Of a stretch of 64,000 bases of DNA, positions 48,374 through 61,725 are shown one piece after another. Each line of letters starts with the position of its first letter. The first letter of the stretch is position 1. Below the pieces are notes generated by a model, which saw nothing but the letters and a program-made list of their open reading frames with translations, had not been told where the DNA came from and did no database searches. The stretch is from NCBI RefSeq assembly GCF_036321535.1, contig NC_087459.1:9362001-9426000 (forward strand), read 5' to 3'. A program made the translations under genes and the position numbers. The DNA comes from Camelus dromedarius. Its lineage: Eukaryota.

Positions 48374-50595
48374 ACCTCCCTCAGTGGTTTTGTAGCTGCT
48401 GTGGCCTCAATAATACTCTCAGTGCCAATACCCTTGTGTTTATATTTTGCTTCTCAACTCTTTATCTACTTGACATTACTACTTAGATTTCTCATAAATA
48501 CCCCAATGTCTTCATGTTCAAAACCAAATGCACCTAGCCACTTAAACACTGGCTTTGCTGCCATTCACTGCAGTATCCCCACTGCCCAGCACATAACAAA
48601 CACTCACTAAATGTGGATTGAGTGAATATTCCATGTCAAACCCAAGTCTTTCTTGGTATTCTTTATTTCAGTAAATGTAATACAATCCAGTCTCTTGCTC
48701 AAGCCAGATACTTGGATTTATCCTTGACCCTCTTGCTTTACTTCATCCTTACATCTCATCAGTCTCCAAGTTCCATAGGTCTGGTAGCCTAAATATTTTT
48801 CAAATCTATTTCTCTACCCTCACTGCCGCTACCAAGTCGAGATCACCATCATCTCTTTCCTGGGTCATAGAAATAACCTAACTGGTATCTCTCCTTTCAC
48901 TCTCTCTTTTTTTAAAGTAAACTTTTAGGTGTAACATACAGAAATGTGCACTAACCAAAAATGAAGAGCCTGATGTATTTTAACCAAGGGAAAACAGCCC
49001 TTTAGCTTCCCAATTAACATCCCGAAGAAATCAGAATTTACTGTTGCTCTCGGGACTACTCTGGTGCCCTCTTCTGGTCACTTCTTCTCCCCCATAATCT
49101 CTATCCTGACTTGCAACTGTAACAGATTTGTTTTTGAACTTCATGTAAGTGAAGTCACACAATAAAAACTCTCATCTGACTTTACTCACTCTACAGTGGG
49201 GGACTCAACCACACGTTGCTTATTCCCTGAATGGTATTCACTGTTGTGATATTTATTTGTACTGTGGCTAGTTTTCAGTTTGGGGCCACATTTAGTAGTT
49301 CTTGTATGTCTCTGGTGACCATATATGTGTGTTGCTGTGGGGTTCATGCCCAGCAGTGAATCGCTGTGTCAGAGGGTAGGTGATGCCCAGCTTCAGAAGA
49401 TTCTGCCACAGTTGTCTAGAGAGCTTGTATCATTTCCCCTCCCACCGTCTACCGACTCATCTTGTGCATTTCCTGCCCCAGTCCTAAGATCAGTCCTTTC
49501 TCCATGGAGCCCTGATTCCTGCCATTATCTGATTCTTTTTCACATTATAAAGCATTCACAAAAATAGAATTTTTAAAAGGATGAGAGAAAGTGAAACTAA
49601 AGGAAGTTCTACAGTTTTTTCCACATCCAATGGAGTAAAAAGAATAGAAAAGATATCTGTGAAAGCCCACATGACGTGTAAAGGAGGGAGTCGGAGAGCT
49701 GACGGCAGGGGACAGAGACTGCAACAGGAGGAAGGAGGGGAAAACATTAGCTGAAAAGGACATCAAGGGGGGGTTGCCTGAGTTCCACTGTCATCTGCTC
49801 CCATGAGGGGCCTCCAGTAGGGGTCCTCTGATGCTGAGCCAGTCAGGATGCCTCCTGAGTACCCCAGTCCCCACCTGCTTCAGTGTCGTTAGCTTTTGTA
49901 AGTGATTGTAGCCTGAAACTCTACCCAAGACTAGGGGACACTTCAGGTATCAGATAGCAGGAAGTGGCAGCAGCAACAGCGAAGGGTATTTTAGGTTGAT
50001 GACAGTGTCCTTGTTTCATAAAAATGCAACAACTTCTAAACAGAATGTAACTTAATTTACTCTAATATCTATCCACAAAGAGCCAGATGGAGTTGACTCT
50101 TGAGCTTGGTTTCAATAGAGAGTCCCCTCTCTGCCTGTACTGTAAGCTGTCTTTAGCTCCCAGGTGGAGACAATGTTCTGACAGTTGGGATGTGGGTGTT
50201 TGGGGAATATATCCAGCCAACCCTACAAAGTTTCAGGGCTTTTCTGGCCTTGGTGATCACGGCTTGCCTGGTTGAGGCTGAAGCTGCCAGCCTTGACATT
50301 CACGGTAAGAAGTGCTTGGAGTTGCTGCCTAGGGAGGAGACTCCTGTCCTCCTGGAGCTTGCCCAGGGCAGGAGAGGGCCATTTCTGCCAACTTTGATGG
50401 GGCAGGCTTCTGGGCCAGCATCATAGCTGAGATCCAGGAGCCGGGTTTCGGGTTGGCAACCTCTCTGGCTGCCCTGTTTGCAAGATCAGATGTTACACTT
50501 GTTCACCCACTGGAAAGGAGCAAAGGGTCCAGCTGCTGGGTAGTTCCAGTTGCAGCTAGGCAAGGGCATCAAGAATTGGATGGTGAGCAGGCTCC

Positions 50596-51265
50596 TCGTT
50601 AAAGAGACTGTGATACAGCCATACAATAAAATATGCCATAGCTGAAAAACAGCAAGGCACTGCTTGAGAATTGCAGGATGCTTGGCACGTAACCATCCAT
50701 CCAAACCTGACCTAAGAGACTTGACCAAACTCTAGCATGGCTTCTAGAAGCATAAGGCTAGGATGACCCCTAAATCGCGTGCCTGGGAATGTACTCAACG
50801 CTGCCAGTAGGATGTACTATTCTAGCTAATACCTGATGCTAGGTCCCTGACCTCCCTTTCTTGGAGCATTTACTGAAAAGCTCTTATAATTGTGAATACA
50901 TGTCTCTTACAACCCAGAAGCATCTCTCACAGACCTGAGAGCCATTCTTCTGAAATGTACTCATCAGGAATGTCAAGGCCTCTATCTCCGTTCTCCGTGG
51001 GAGGATAGGCTCCTGACTTCCACACCTGCCAGCCAGCAGACACACCTGATCTAATCGCTTCTTCACTGCCCAGCTCTTTGTGATTTTTCATTTTCACTTT
51101 TCTGACTCTACTGAGAGCCCCCACCTCCTTATTCTCCCTTTGAAACACCCAGTCGCCTCTACACAAATCAAACGGAGCACAGCTCTTTCTCCTGCTATCT
51201 GTAGTTACCGAATAAAATCTGTTTCCACTGCTTTATAATCTCTGGCTGTATTTTGGTCTTTGACA
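50596..51265 (+). mobile_element. ERV1-type solo LTR (about 670 bp)
   Basis: Ends ...GTCTTTGACA with AATAAA at 51211. Flanked by GGCTCC and AGCTCC (probable target-site duplication). TTTCTGACTCTACTGAG motif resembles MER4-group LTRs. Confidence 0.65.
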
Positions 51266-51379
51266 AGCTCCATGTTTTGTTTTGTTTTTCTCTATATGTT
51301 TTCTATACTGAAAATCTCTAAGATGTGTGTCACACACACACAGTGGGCAGGTCAGCAGCATATAATACACTCTTATTTT

Positions 51380-52070
51380 TGAAACAAAACAAAACCCGGA
51401 ACAGTTCTGTGCGGGGAGACCCTTGACCTGGGAGGCTGGACGGGTCGCTGGGCGGCAATTCGTGCTCCCGGGTCCCCCGGCACCAGTGCTCTAGGGCGGA
51501 GGGCCGTCGCGCAGACAGCCTCAGTTTCCCCACGGGAACGCCGACTCGAGGGCTCCCGGGGCTCTTCCCCGCAGTCCTCACCGCCCCCGTTGCCCCCAGT
51601 GTCCGGGCGCCACGAAAAGGCGGGAAAACCGGAAGTTGGAATGAGGCAGCCGGACGAGAAATGCGGGCGCACTGGCAGGGTCAGGCTGCACCGATGTGAC
51701 CCTCCCACCTCGGAGGGGCTGCCTCTCGGGGGCGCGGACGGGAGCGCGCAGGTAAGGGCGGCAGAGCGGTACCCTGGTGGGGCGGGGCCATCGAGGCGAC
51801 AGCCAATCACCAGCGTCTCCAGTGGGTGCGCTGACGGGCCGGGGCGGGGCAGAGTCGTTGCCTGGGTGACGCACTCCCAGCGTTGGAGTTCTGTGGGCAG
51901 CTGATCTGGGCGGCACCGACTAGCGGACGCGGGGCTCCTGGGCCTCCAGTGGCTCCGAACGCGTCCCAGCTGCCGCCGCCTCGCATCAGGGAACGGGGCC
52001 GCGGGGTTTCCTCCACGCCCCCGGGGGTGAGAGGGCCGCCGCCCGCGTGAGCTCTCACGACCTGGTCTCC
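51380..52070 (+). promoter_or_regulatory. CpG island with promoter motifs and a plus-strand first-exon donor
   Basis: E2F-like GGCGGGAAA 51619-51627 abutting ETS ACCGGAAGT 51628-51636. Donor CAG|GTAAGG at 51751/51752 and CCAAT at 51803. Confidence 0.65.
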
Positions 52071-54179
52071 AGCGGCCCTGGGAGTTCTTAGTTATTTTTC
52101 CTTCTTTAAAAATTTTCTATTTCTGGGGCCCCAACTACCTAACACTTACACTGGCTTCCTTTTCTTCTTTTTCAATGGTTACCATCTGCTCTGCGGTTTA
52201 CTCGATTATTCTATTTTTCTTGGCTTCTCATTCCTTTATTTGCCCCTGATCATCTCTCCTTCCTAAGGTTAAATCTCTACATTGCCCTGTCTCCAGCCTG
52301 GCTTAACCGTCTTATTTAGTACACGTTTGTTTTTGTTTTTCTTACTTCAGATGATTTTTTCTAGTTTTTATTATTCTGGGTGTTTTGGTGAGGTCCTCTT
52401 TAAGACCCGAGTCAGCTTGCAGGCCAATCTGAGGATACATCATGATTTATTTACTAAAGGTGGCATATTCTTACTCAAACTCACGGAAGCCGCGGGAGAC
52501 CAGAGTTGACATTTGTTGAGTGTTTCCTGTGCCTAAAGCTCCAGTAAGTGCCTTCTTCCACGATAGTTATCTTGTGACCAGGCTCCTGAGGTAAGTACAT
52601 CCCTAACCTGGTGGCCTGTGAGTGCAACAGCAGATGTTTTCTGCTGGAGTTGTATGCAGTTCTTAAAATGTTTTTTTGTTTGTTTTGGTCATCAACATTC
52701 AAAAGTTAGGATATTTCACATACAAATTGAATTTTGGGGCTTCTCTTGAAAAATCCCCAAGCTTTGGCAATACTGAGCCCCCAGCTGCCTCCTTTAAACA
52801 AAATATGGTTTCTTGAGGCCCCCAAAGTCCCTCCCACTTTGGTCTTATACCCAAGACACTGGTCGTTTATGGTACTGCCTGGTTATTGAAGGCACTTAGG
52901 TTTTTGATCTCTTCTTTACTTATTGACTGTTTACGATTCTCTCTGAGTGGAAAACAGTATTGACTTGACACAACTTTGTTCATCTCTCTTTACCTTAAAG
53001 TTTAAAAGACCTGGAAATATTGACCAGAGACAAACCCCAGGGGCAGTTTTTCTTTCATCAAAGCAGTAACAGAATCAATCAGAATCCTATGACTCCTAAA
53101 ACAAATTGGCCTCCAACAGCTGAATTGCAAACTCAAAATGATGTAAGGTCCAAGTGGCAATCTGAGAGCAGGCCCTGAATGTGAGAAATATGGGTCTGGG
53201 GTTGCTAGATGTTCTGGTTTCTCAAGAAAATTGATTTTATAGGAACTCTCCTAATGTTTAAGTGTTAAAAACTAAGTTTTAAAAAAATTAAACCCTTGTG
53301 AGCACACACAGCACACCCATGGGGTGAGACAGGGGCCAGTTGTACCTGTCTTGCTGAGTGAAGTGGGTGCACCCCAGAGGACTCTGATGGGCCAAAGGCG
53401 GGGGGCATGGGAATGTTTCCAGGAGGAATCTTTCCAGAATCTGACTACAGGGCTGGCCTTCTCCCCTTTCCTGACACCCATCTCCTGTGCCCTGCCCAGC
53501 CCAGGAGAAATGGGTTCCCTGCCCCAGAAAGTGAAACACAGTCTCTATTCTTCCATTGTGGGGTGCCTTAGTTCTCCGGGTCTGAGGGGAAGACAGAGAT
53601 TAGGTGGTGGAGTATGAAGCCACCATAGAAGTCTGAGAGTTTGAGACCCAATGGGTAGCTGGGTCAGACCCCTTTGTACCTCTATCCCTAGGCTTGAGAG
53701 GGAGTTGAGGGGAGGGTGTCTGGAAAAATCAGATAAGCCCATATCTTTCCAAGGTGTGAGGCATGAGGGTTAGAGGTGGGTAGAAAGGAGTTCCCAGGAC
53801 TCTCTGGTTCCTAAGTTTGCCCTGAAGGAGGGAGAACTCCATGCCAGTCTTGAAAGGTGGGGGGGAGGTGGGAAACCGGGGGACCTGCTGACCAGTCTGG
53901 GAGCCTTAAATCAAATCCAAGGACATCTCCACGGAGACACCTATAAAACCTTCAGAAGCTCTGTGTGCTGAAAAAGACCATCGTGTTCCTTCACTCAGCA
54001 AAGTGCCCTTCGTTTTGTGAGGACAGCTGCAATGCTGTCTTTGAAATGTCAAATATCAAAATCCTTCCACAAGGTGAATTTTCCCATTTTGGCGCCCTTG
54101 CTTGGCGTGTGTCACGAGTACGTACCGGGTAAAGCGATCCTGAGCCGGCAGTGCATATCTGAGAGTTACCTCCTGGCCA

Positions 54180-54760
54180 AGAACAGGTGCAGCCTGGCTC
54201 GGGACCCCAGACCCGGAACCCTCCAAGCTGGGAACCCTGTAGGGCAGCAGCTGCGAGGGGAACGGGATCTGGGAGGGACTTCCTGTTGTCCCTAATCCCA
54301 GTCTCCACCCGGCTCCCCGCGCCCGGTGTAGGCTGCGGAGACTCCCTTCCCCGGGGGAGGGGTCCCCGCCGCCCGAGGTGTCCCCTCCACCTCCGCCTCC
54401 GCCTCCACCTCGGTGAGAGGGGGGCTGGGAGGGCACCTGGATCCCGACACCCTCGCGGGCGGCCAGCTGGCAGGAGGGGACGGGGTCAAAGGTGGAAGGC
54501 TACGGGCTGGCGGGGAAAAGGAGGCCTGGACCCGGGTTCGGGAAGAGGAAGGACATCATCTGTCCAGGACCGTGAGCAGGATGGACACCCGGCCTGGGCG
54601 GGTGGTTGCAACCGCAGGGAGGGCTGCTGAGAGCGGGCAGCTCAATTTCTGGATCCCAGGCGGGACCGAGTCAGGTCGAGCGCAGGGTGTGTGTGTGTCC
54701 TGGGCCCGGGAGACAGCGGGGCCTGGATTCTTATGCGGAGCTGACTGTGGTGGGCGGGGC
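54180..54760 (+). promoter_or_regulatory. CpG island, probable proximal ZNF205 promoter and exon 1 (ending at 54412)
   Basis: CpG-rich. Donor TCG|GTGAGA at 54412/54413, 738 nt upstream of the acceptor at 55150. Confidence 0.55.
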
Positions 54761-55164
54761 CCCACCCAGCATCTGTTTTGTAGGATCGCTGCAGATCTTC
54801 TGGCTCCTGATGACAGGAGATACAGCTTCCAACTCTCCCTGGCTTTCCCTAACCCAGTTGCTCTGAAATTCGGAGTTCTTGCTTCAGCGATAAAGGGGAT
54901 AATACAAAATAGCATTCTGTCAAAGTGAGGGACCAAAAAGCAGCATAGAGAATGAGGCCGTTGGAGGGCATCTGGGAGGCTTTATTTCTGATTGGGACCA
55001 GGAATGGGTCTGGTCCTGCGTGGAAATTTGGGGAGCTTGAAATGTCCAAGAGATGCTGGCTAATTTCCTCCTGTTCTTCCAGACTCCTGGCCAGAAGCTA
55101 GAGGGGGCTTGGCCAGCAAGAGCAAGAAACAACTCAGCTGTGCTTTCTAGCTCTGAGATAGGAA

Positions 55165-58100
55165 ATGTCTACAGGTGGAGGAGGCATCTGGGCTACCCAG
55201 GACAAGGAGAGAGCCCGAGAGGTATGGTTGGGGTGCTGGGTAAGGGGGGCATGCACTGGAAGGAACTGGAGTGGGAGGGGATTTTCAAGGCAGGCCATTT
55301 AGACCAATGGAAGAGTTAGACTCACTGGGAGAGTAGAGGCGGTAGATGGGGTGTGGGGTGTAGAAGAGAAGATGGTTCTGATGGGAAATACCTTCCACCT
55401 GGGGACTGACTTCTATGGGATTGCTTTGCTTTGCCTGGTGAATTCGGTAGTCTGCAGACCAAAGGCTACAGGGATAGTAAGGAGGCTGCATGGGTGTCAA
55501 ACCAGAGAGTTTTGCTCTCTGAACAGCACTTACAGCACATGCACAAGCCTCCGTCTACTCTCCACTCCCCTCCGCCTGGGACCCCGTCTCCTCCCTCTCT
55601 GGATCTAAGCACATAGTCTTCCCTGTACCTGTTGCCCGTGTGTGTAATATAACCTGCGGGGGAACCAGGGTCCCTAGGCTTAGGACTGGAGCTGGGTGTG
55701 TGACCTTGAGCAAGTTCCCTGGGCTTCGGGGACCAGGTGTGTCATCTATAAAATGTGGATCACGTGCTTGCTGTTCCCACCTGTCGCGCCAGGTGTTTGG
55801 GAGGCTTGGGAATTATGGGCATGAAAGTCTTCTGTAAGCAGTTCATCAGCCCCTAGGAGATCATTATTGTAACGTACACAGCGAGAACTCCCACAGCAGC
55901 TAGAACGTAGGTCAGAGGAACCTGGATACCCTCGACTAGTATTTCCGGTGGTTGTAAGTACAAATACAAATCAAGTATTCTATTTTCACACCATAGAAGC
56001 ACAAAGAATTTTTAACTCTATTCAGTTTCCCTTCCATAATGCTTTTGTAACCCCCAGTGGGCCTCACACATCTGCAGCATTCTCTGCTGATGTTGGATTC
56101 TGTCAGCTCACACAGCAGAGTAATAATAATAATTACTGACGCCACTCTGTTCAGAATATTCAGGAGCAGGAAGCTCATTTTCACAGATTATCTGTGCGGG
56201 AGGCAGAGCAGCTGAGTCTCAGAGGCCACCTGGCCCGGGCAGCTCCCAGGCTCTCTGACTCCTGGCCTGAGGGTCTTTCTCTTTCAGACCTTAATGGAGA
56301 CTGAGGTGAGTGGGAAGGTGGAGGGCTAGGCTTGAGTTCCCAGCAGAAAGCTGGCCAGTGCCCAGTGCCCAGTGCTATGGATGAGAATGAGGCCTCAACA
56401 GAGGTGTGCAAGGAGGAGAGACTTTCCCAAGGCTCTTGGGGTCTGTGGGAAGGTGATGTCTGCTCAGAGTTGAAAGGCTAGTGAGGGCTGATTCTGGATT
56501 CGAGCCCTGGTAGCCTGACTCCAGAGCCTGCTCCTCACCCTCCCAGAGGGCTGGGGCTGGGGCTGGTGTGAAGAGGGGAGGGAGGGCCCTGGACTCCCAT
56601 TGTGGGGGCAGTGTGAGGTGGGTGAGCCTGAGAGTTTTCTTTCCGTCAGACTGAGGTGGGCACGAGGCCTTGGCACAGCTAGAGGTACATTGGGCTTTTT
56701 TTCCCTCATGAAAAAATTCACAACTGCTATGACCAACTGAGTCAGGCCTGAAATGGCCCAAGGCCACATGCCTTCCTGTCACTTTCAGGAAATGATGGCC
56801 CTGGGGTGACTTGTAAGTCAGATGCAGTTGCATTCAAGTCCTGGCCCAGTCACTCCAAGCTCCATGATCTTGACCACTGTCTGATCTTGGAGCCTGGGTT
56901 TGTGAGTTTCCTGTATCTGCTGTAACAAAGGACCACAAACTGGGTGGCTTATAACAACCAGAATTTATTCTTTCATGCTTTTGGAGGTGTCGGCAGGGCC
57001 CCTCCCTAGGTCCTAGTGGAGGCTTCTTCCTGCCTCTCAGCTTCTGGCCACTCCAGGTGTCCCTTGGCTTGTGACAGCACCACTCCAGTCTCTGCCTCCA
57101 TCTTCATGTGGCTTTCCCTCTGTGCTTTTGTGTCCTCTTCTCTTATAGGGACATCAGTCATTGGCTTTAGGATCCAATTTTGATGACTTCATCTCAAGAT
57201 CCATAATTAATTACATCTGCAAAGATCTTTTTTTCCCAAATAAGGTCACATTTTGAGGTTCTGAGGAGACATGCATTTTGAGGGTACACCATTCAGCCCA
57301 ACCAACTGTATTAGGTGTCCTCATATATTAAAGACTAACTGTCCACACTGCTATGGGAGGTGTGAGCATTGAATTAGGAAGAGGCACCTGCCCTGTGGGC
57401 ACCTGGCAGGGCCTTGATGAGCCTTCCTTCCTCCCCTCACTGTCCTGCCTCATGGGGGTGAGCCAGGCATGTGTGGGTCTCTGGGGATGGAGTTGGAAGC
57501 AAGGCCAGCCTTGCATTTGGTGGGTGTTCTGCCACCTTGGGTGTCTGCCTCTGTGGGTCCCCCAAGCGTGGAGTTCGGCTGCATCTCCCATCCTCCATCC
57601 CAGTGCTGATGGGGTTGTTGCTCCTAGATTTCAGGTCATGGGCATTCTTGTCAAGAAATGCTTTCCAAGTCGGAGGAGACAGTGCCTTTGGGAGCCGCTC
57701 AGGAGTCACCCCACATCAAGATGGAGCCAGAAGAGTCACACCCTGATGGGGCGTCACAGGAGGCCAGAGCTCAAGGAGTGCGGGGCTGGATGCCCCTAAG
57801 CCAGGGCTCTAAAGAGAAAGTGCATTTCCTGCCTGGTGGAGGTGAGGAGGGGGACGTGGGGAGAGGCACTTGCCCAGGCAGCAGAGGCGGGGAGGGGCTG
57901 GGAGGGGAGGAGCTCTCCTGCCCTGGAGATGGCCCAGATGTCTGCCCTACCTGCCTCTCAGGGGACGCCCCCACTCACCCTCAAAGCCTCCTGACCCTCT
58001 TTTTGGGTCAGGTCATGGGTAGAGTTGGAAACAGCCGTGGGTGTCCTTGGTAAGCCAGGCATGAGCTCGCTCAGGGGGAGCAGGAGGGCCAGGCAGGACA

Positions 58101-61100
58101 AGGTGGCCACCTAAGGACCTCTCTCCTCTCTCAGCCCTCCCCTCCCCCCAGATCCCTGTACTTTCCCAGGAGGGGAGGACCAGAGACCGGCAGATGGCTG
58201 CGGCACTCCTCACCGCCTGGTCCCAGGTGAGTGTCCCCATCCAAGGCTGGAGGAAATGCCAAAGGACAGGGAGGGACAGTGTCTCTGACTGAATCGTCCT
58301 CCGGATCTGAGCTCTGAACTTGAGGGAGGGGGCCAGAGGTCCTGAGCTCTGACCGTGCTGCCCGAAAAGAACTCTTGTTTTTGTCTCTTGTCTTCTGCTG
58401 CACACATTCGCTTTGCTTTTGCCCCTAAAAGAGCCTTCCTTGGGCAGCTGTCCTGCTTCACCATCAGACCCGAGGACAGGCCTCACTCGAGTCAGCACGA
58501 TGGGAGTCTGGGGTCTCGCCCATGTCTTGTCACCACCAGGCTCCTCCACCATGTCCTGGCGTGTCCTGGAGGGTGGGCATTTCATGTTGTTTCAGATGCC
58601 AGTGACCTTTGAGGACGTGGCTCTGTACCTCTCCCGTGAGGAGTGGGGACAGCTGGACCACACACAGCAGAGCTTCTACAGGGATGTCCTGCAGAAGAGG
58701 AACGGGCTGTCCTTTGGTAAAGGCTCGCTTGTGCTGGGGTGCTGCTGCCTGAGGTCCTGGGAAGTCAGAGGTGGGCCCATCCCGCTGTTGCCTCCGCCTC
58801 CCTTTCCAGGGCTTACACCCCCTCTTGCTGTTCATCCAGACCTGGCTGTTGTGGAGAGCCTTCCCAGTGATGGACATGTTCTGTCCATGGATATGGTAGC
58901 CACCGGCCAGATGTGGCTACTGAGCCCTTGAAATGCATCTAGAGCAACTGAGTTTTTGTTTCATCTCATTTTAATCAGCTCAGACTTGAGCTGAAAATAG
59001 CCTCATGTGGCTAGTGGCCACTGTGTTGGACAGTGTGGACCTAGGGACCCTGATTCTCTTCAGTTCTCCCCTAGTGCTTATTCCTGGAGTTTCACTGCAG
59101 CCTCCTTCAAGCCCAGCTTCTGAAGTGTCTGAGCAGAAAGCTTGGCTCTGGAGTCAGGTTGCTAGCCTAGGGGGTCAGGAATGGTGCCAGCTAATCTCTC
59201 CTGGCCTTTGACTCTGAGATGTCCCATCTGCCCCAGGGCTGTGTCCTCTTCTCAGAGGGGCCTTGGCTCCCTCTGTTTCTCTCATGGTAAGTAGTTTAGT
59301 CCCAGGGCTTTGACTTCGCAGTTCCAGGCTCTAGTTTCTGTGGCAGAATTTTATGAGGGTGTATGGAAAAATCAGAGCGTTCATTCATTCATTGTCATTC
59401 TTTCAGTTAGTCAGTCTGTCGGTCAATGCACTTCTGTTGCCTACCTGCTAGTCCAGGCAGAGCCAGGGGCTTGGTCAGTTTACCCTTTGACTTTGACAGT
59501 GGGCCGAGACCCCTCGCCGTCCCTGGTGGGCCCCAGGGTCACAGCAGCCGCCCTGCTTATTATGCCTTTAATTATCTCAAGTTGCTCACAACCCATTGTT
59601 AACACTCTCTGGGCCCCAGACCAGCAGGTCCAGGCAGGTCCTGGGAGATCAGAGGGAACTAGCACCCACTTGCAGCCCCATGGCGGGCCTCATGAAAGCC
59701 CTAGACTGCCCAGTTGGTCCAAACATTCCTTCCCTCCCATGGGGGTTAGATCAGGGCATGGAGGCCAGGGCCCCTCTACTCTCTTCCTGACCTGGCCAGA
59801 ATTTCTAGGCCTTCACTGTGGGGGACTTGGCAAACAGACCTTTGGTCTCTGACTTCTAGGCAGTCAGTGTCCCTAGCTGTCTTAGCCCAGGCCCTCCACT
59901 TGGCCTCTTTTTGCCCACTGTCCCTCCCCCAGTCCTTTCTGTCTGTGGTCTTGGAAAGGTGCAGGTACAGGAGAGGAAGACAGTGTTTTGTTTCTGCCAT
60001 TGCTGGGCCCACTCCTTGGGGCTGTGTGACATAAGGGGGTGGCCAGCAGCTGACCTGGCCCAGCCCCTTTCCCTTCAGTTCTCTTGCTTGTTCAGGGAAA
60101 CAAGACAGATTCCAGATGCAGCCCAGGAAGAGTGTGTGTGGCAGTTACCCTGGAATGTGCATCCTAGAGATGGGGTGGCCACCTCTGCACCCCCTCTCCT
60201 TGTGCTCCATCACCTCTGGGGCGGGGGTGGGGGTATGGGGGAATCTCCTGCTTGCAGCCCAGAAGGGCCCTGACTGAGTGCAGCATCTCTTTCCAAGCAG
60301 GGTTTCCCTTCAGCAGACCTTTCTGGGCCTGTCAAGTGCAGGGCAAGGGCGAGGCCTCAAGCTCCAGCCGACAGACGGGAGATGAGGAGAGGAGAGGTGT
60401 GTGCAGCAGTGACAGGTGGGCGGGCCCCGGGGCAGTGTGGTCATGGTTGTCACTCCCTGGTGCTCTTTGTCAGAGTGCTCTCTGTTTCCCATGGGGTGCA
60501 GACACAACCCTTCCTGGGGCAAGGCCACAGCCTCCCCTCCCCTGTAGAGGGTGGCTCTTCCGGGGTTCCCCACAGGTCCTGGCCCTTATCTCCACCTCCC
60601 AAATTCCCCTGAGTCCCTTGTGAAAGCCTCTCTCTTGCTGGAAACCCTCTTTATCCAGGAGCCATGGAGGTGGGGAAGAAGGAGCTGGCCCCATCCCTGG
60701 CAGCCCTCAGGGATGTGAAGTCCTTCAAAGGCAGGGTGGAGAGAGCCCAGGGGGACGCCCTGCAGTGCGGGCAGCCAGCGGCCAGCGGGCAGAGCCCAGG
60801 GCCAGCCAAAGACGATGTGCAGTCCGCTCCCTTGGAGGAGGGACAGCCCAAACCAGCCCCGCCTGACAATGGCCTCCCAAAGGCCCAGGAGGGTGGCTTC
60901 CCAGAGCGACCCAGAGACCAGGAGACCACCGCCCCTGAGAGCAGCGAGGAGGGCCTGGCTGTCGACGGCGACGCAGACAAGAAGACCTACACGTGCGAGC
61001 AGTGCGGCAAGGGCTTCAGCTGGCACTCCCACCTGGTGACGCACCGGCGCACACACACGGGCGAGAAGCCCTACGCCTGCACGGACTGCGGCAAGCGCTT

Positions 61101-61725
61101 CGGCCGCAGCTCGCACCTCATCCAGCACCAGATCATCCACACCGGCGAGAAGCCCTACACCTGCCCCTCCTGCTGGAAGAGCTTTAGCCACCACTCGACG
61201 CTGATCCAGCACCAGCGCATCCACACGGGCGAAAAGCCCTACGTGTGCGACCGCTGCGCCAAGCGCTTCACCCGCCGCTCGGACCTGGTCACCCATCAGG
61301 GCACCCACACGGGCGCCAAGCCACACAAGTGTCCCATCTGCGGCAAGTGCTTCACGCAGAGCTCGGCCCTCGTCACCCACCAGCGCACCCACACTGGGGT
61401 CAAGCCCTACCCGTGCCCCGAGTGCGGCAAGTGCTTCAGCCAGCGCTCCAACCTCATTGCCCACAACCGCACGCACACCGGCGAGAAGCCCTACCACTGC
61501 CTCGATTGCGGCAAGAGCTTCAGCCACAGCTCGCACCTGACCGCCCACCAGCGCACCCACCGCGGGGTCCGGCCCTACTCCTGCCCGCTGTGCGGCAAGA
61601 GCTTCAGCCGCCGCTCCAACCTGCACCGGCACGAGAAGATTCACACGGCGGGGCCCAAGGCCCTGGCCATGCTGATGCTGGGGGCGGCCGGGGCGCTGGC
61701 CTCACCCCCACCAGCTCCCACCTAG
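55165..61725 (+). CDS. ZNF205: KRAB C2H2 zinc-finger protein ZNF205 (8 fingers), about 548-552 aa
   Basis: Coding exons 55165-55221 (MSTGGGGI...), 57628-57841, 58135-58226, 58596-58716 ([22 protein letters not shown]), 60301-60396 or 60408 (donor ambiguous) and 60659-61725 (8 TGEKPY-linked fingers, tail [24 protein letters not shown]). Confidence 0.93.
56900..57305 (-). mobile_element. MLT1 LTR in a ZNF205 intron
   Basis: CTGCTGTAACAAAGGACCACAAACTGGGTGGCTTATAACAAC and AAATAAGGTCACATTTTGAGGTTCTG. Confidence 0.8.
58840..59036. mobile_element. MER3-like hAT-Charlie MITE
   Basis: ATATGGTAGCCACCGGCCAGATGTGGCTACTGAGC and terminal CACTGTGTTGGACAGTG. Confidence 0.7.

Noticed and set aside
60586-61644. 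352-aa minus-strand ORF
   Set aside because: Antisense shadow of the ZNF205 finger exon; stop-free antisense frames are common with GC3-rich codons.
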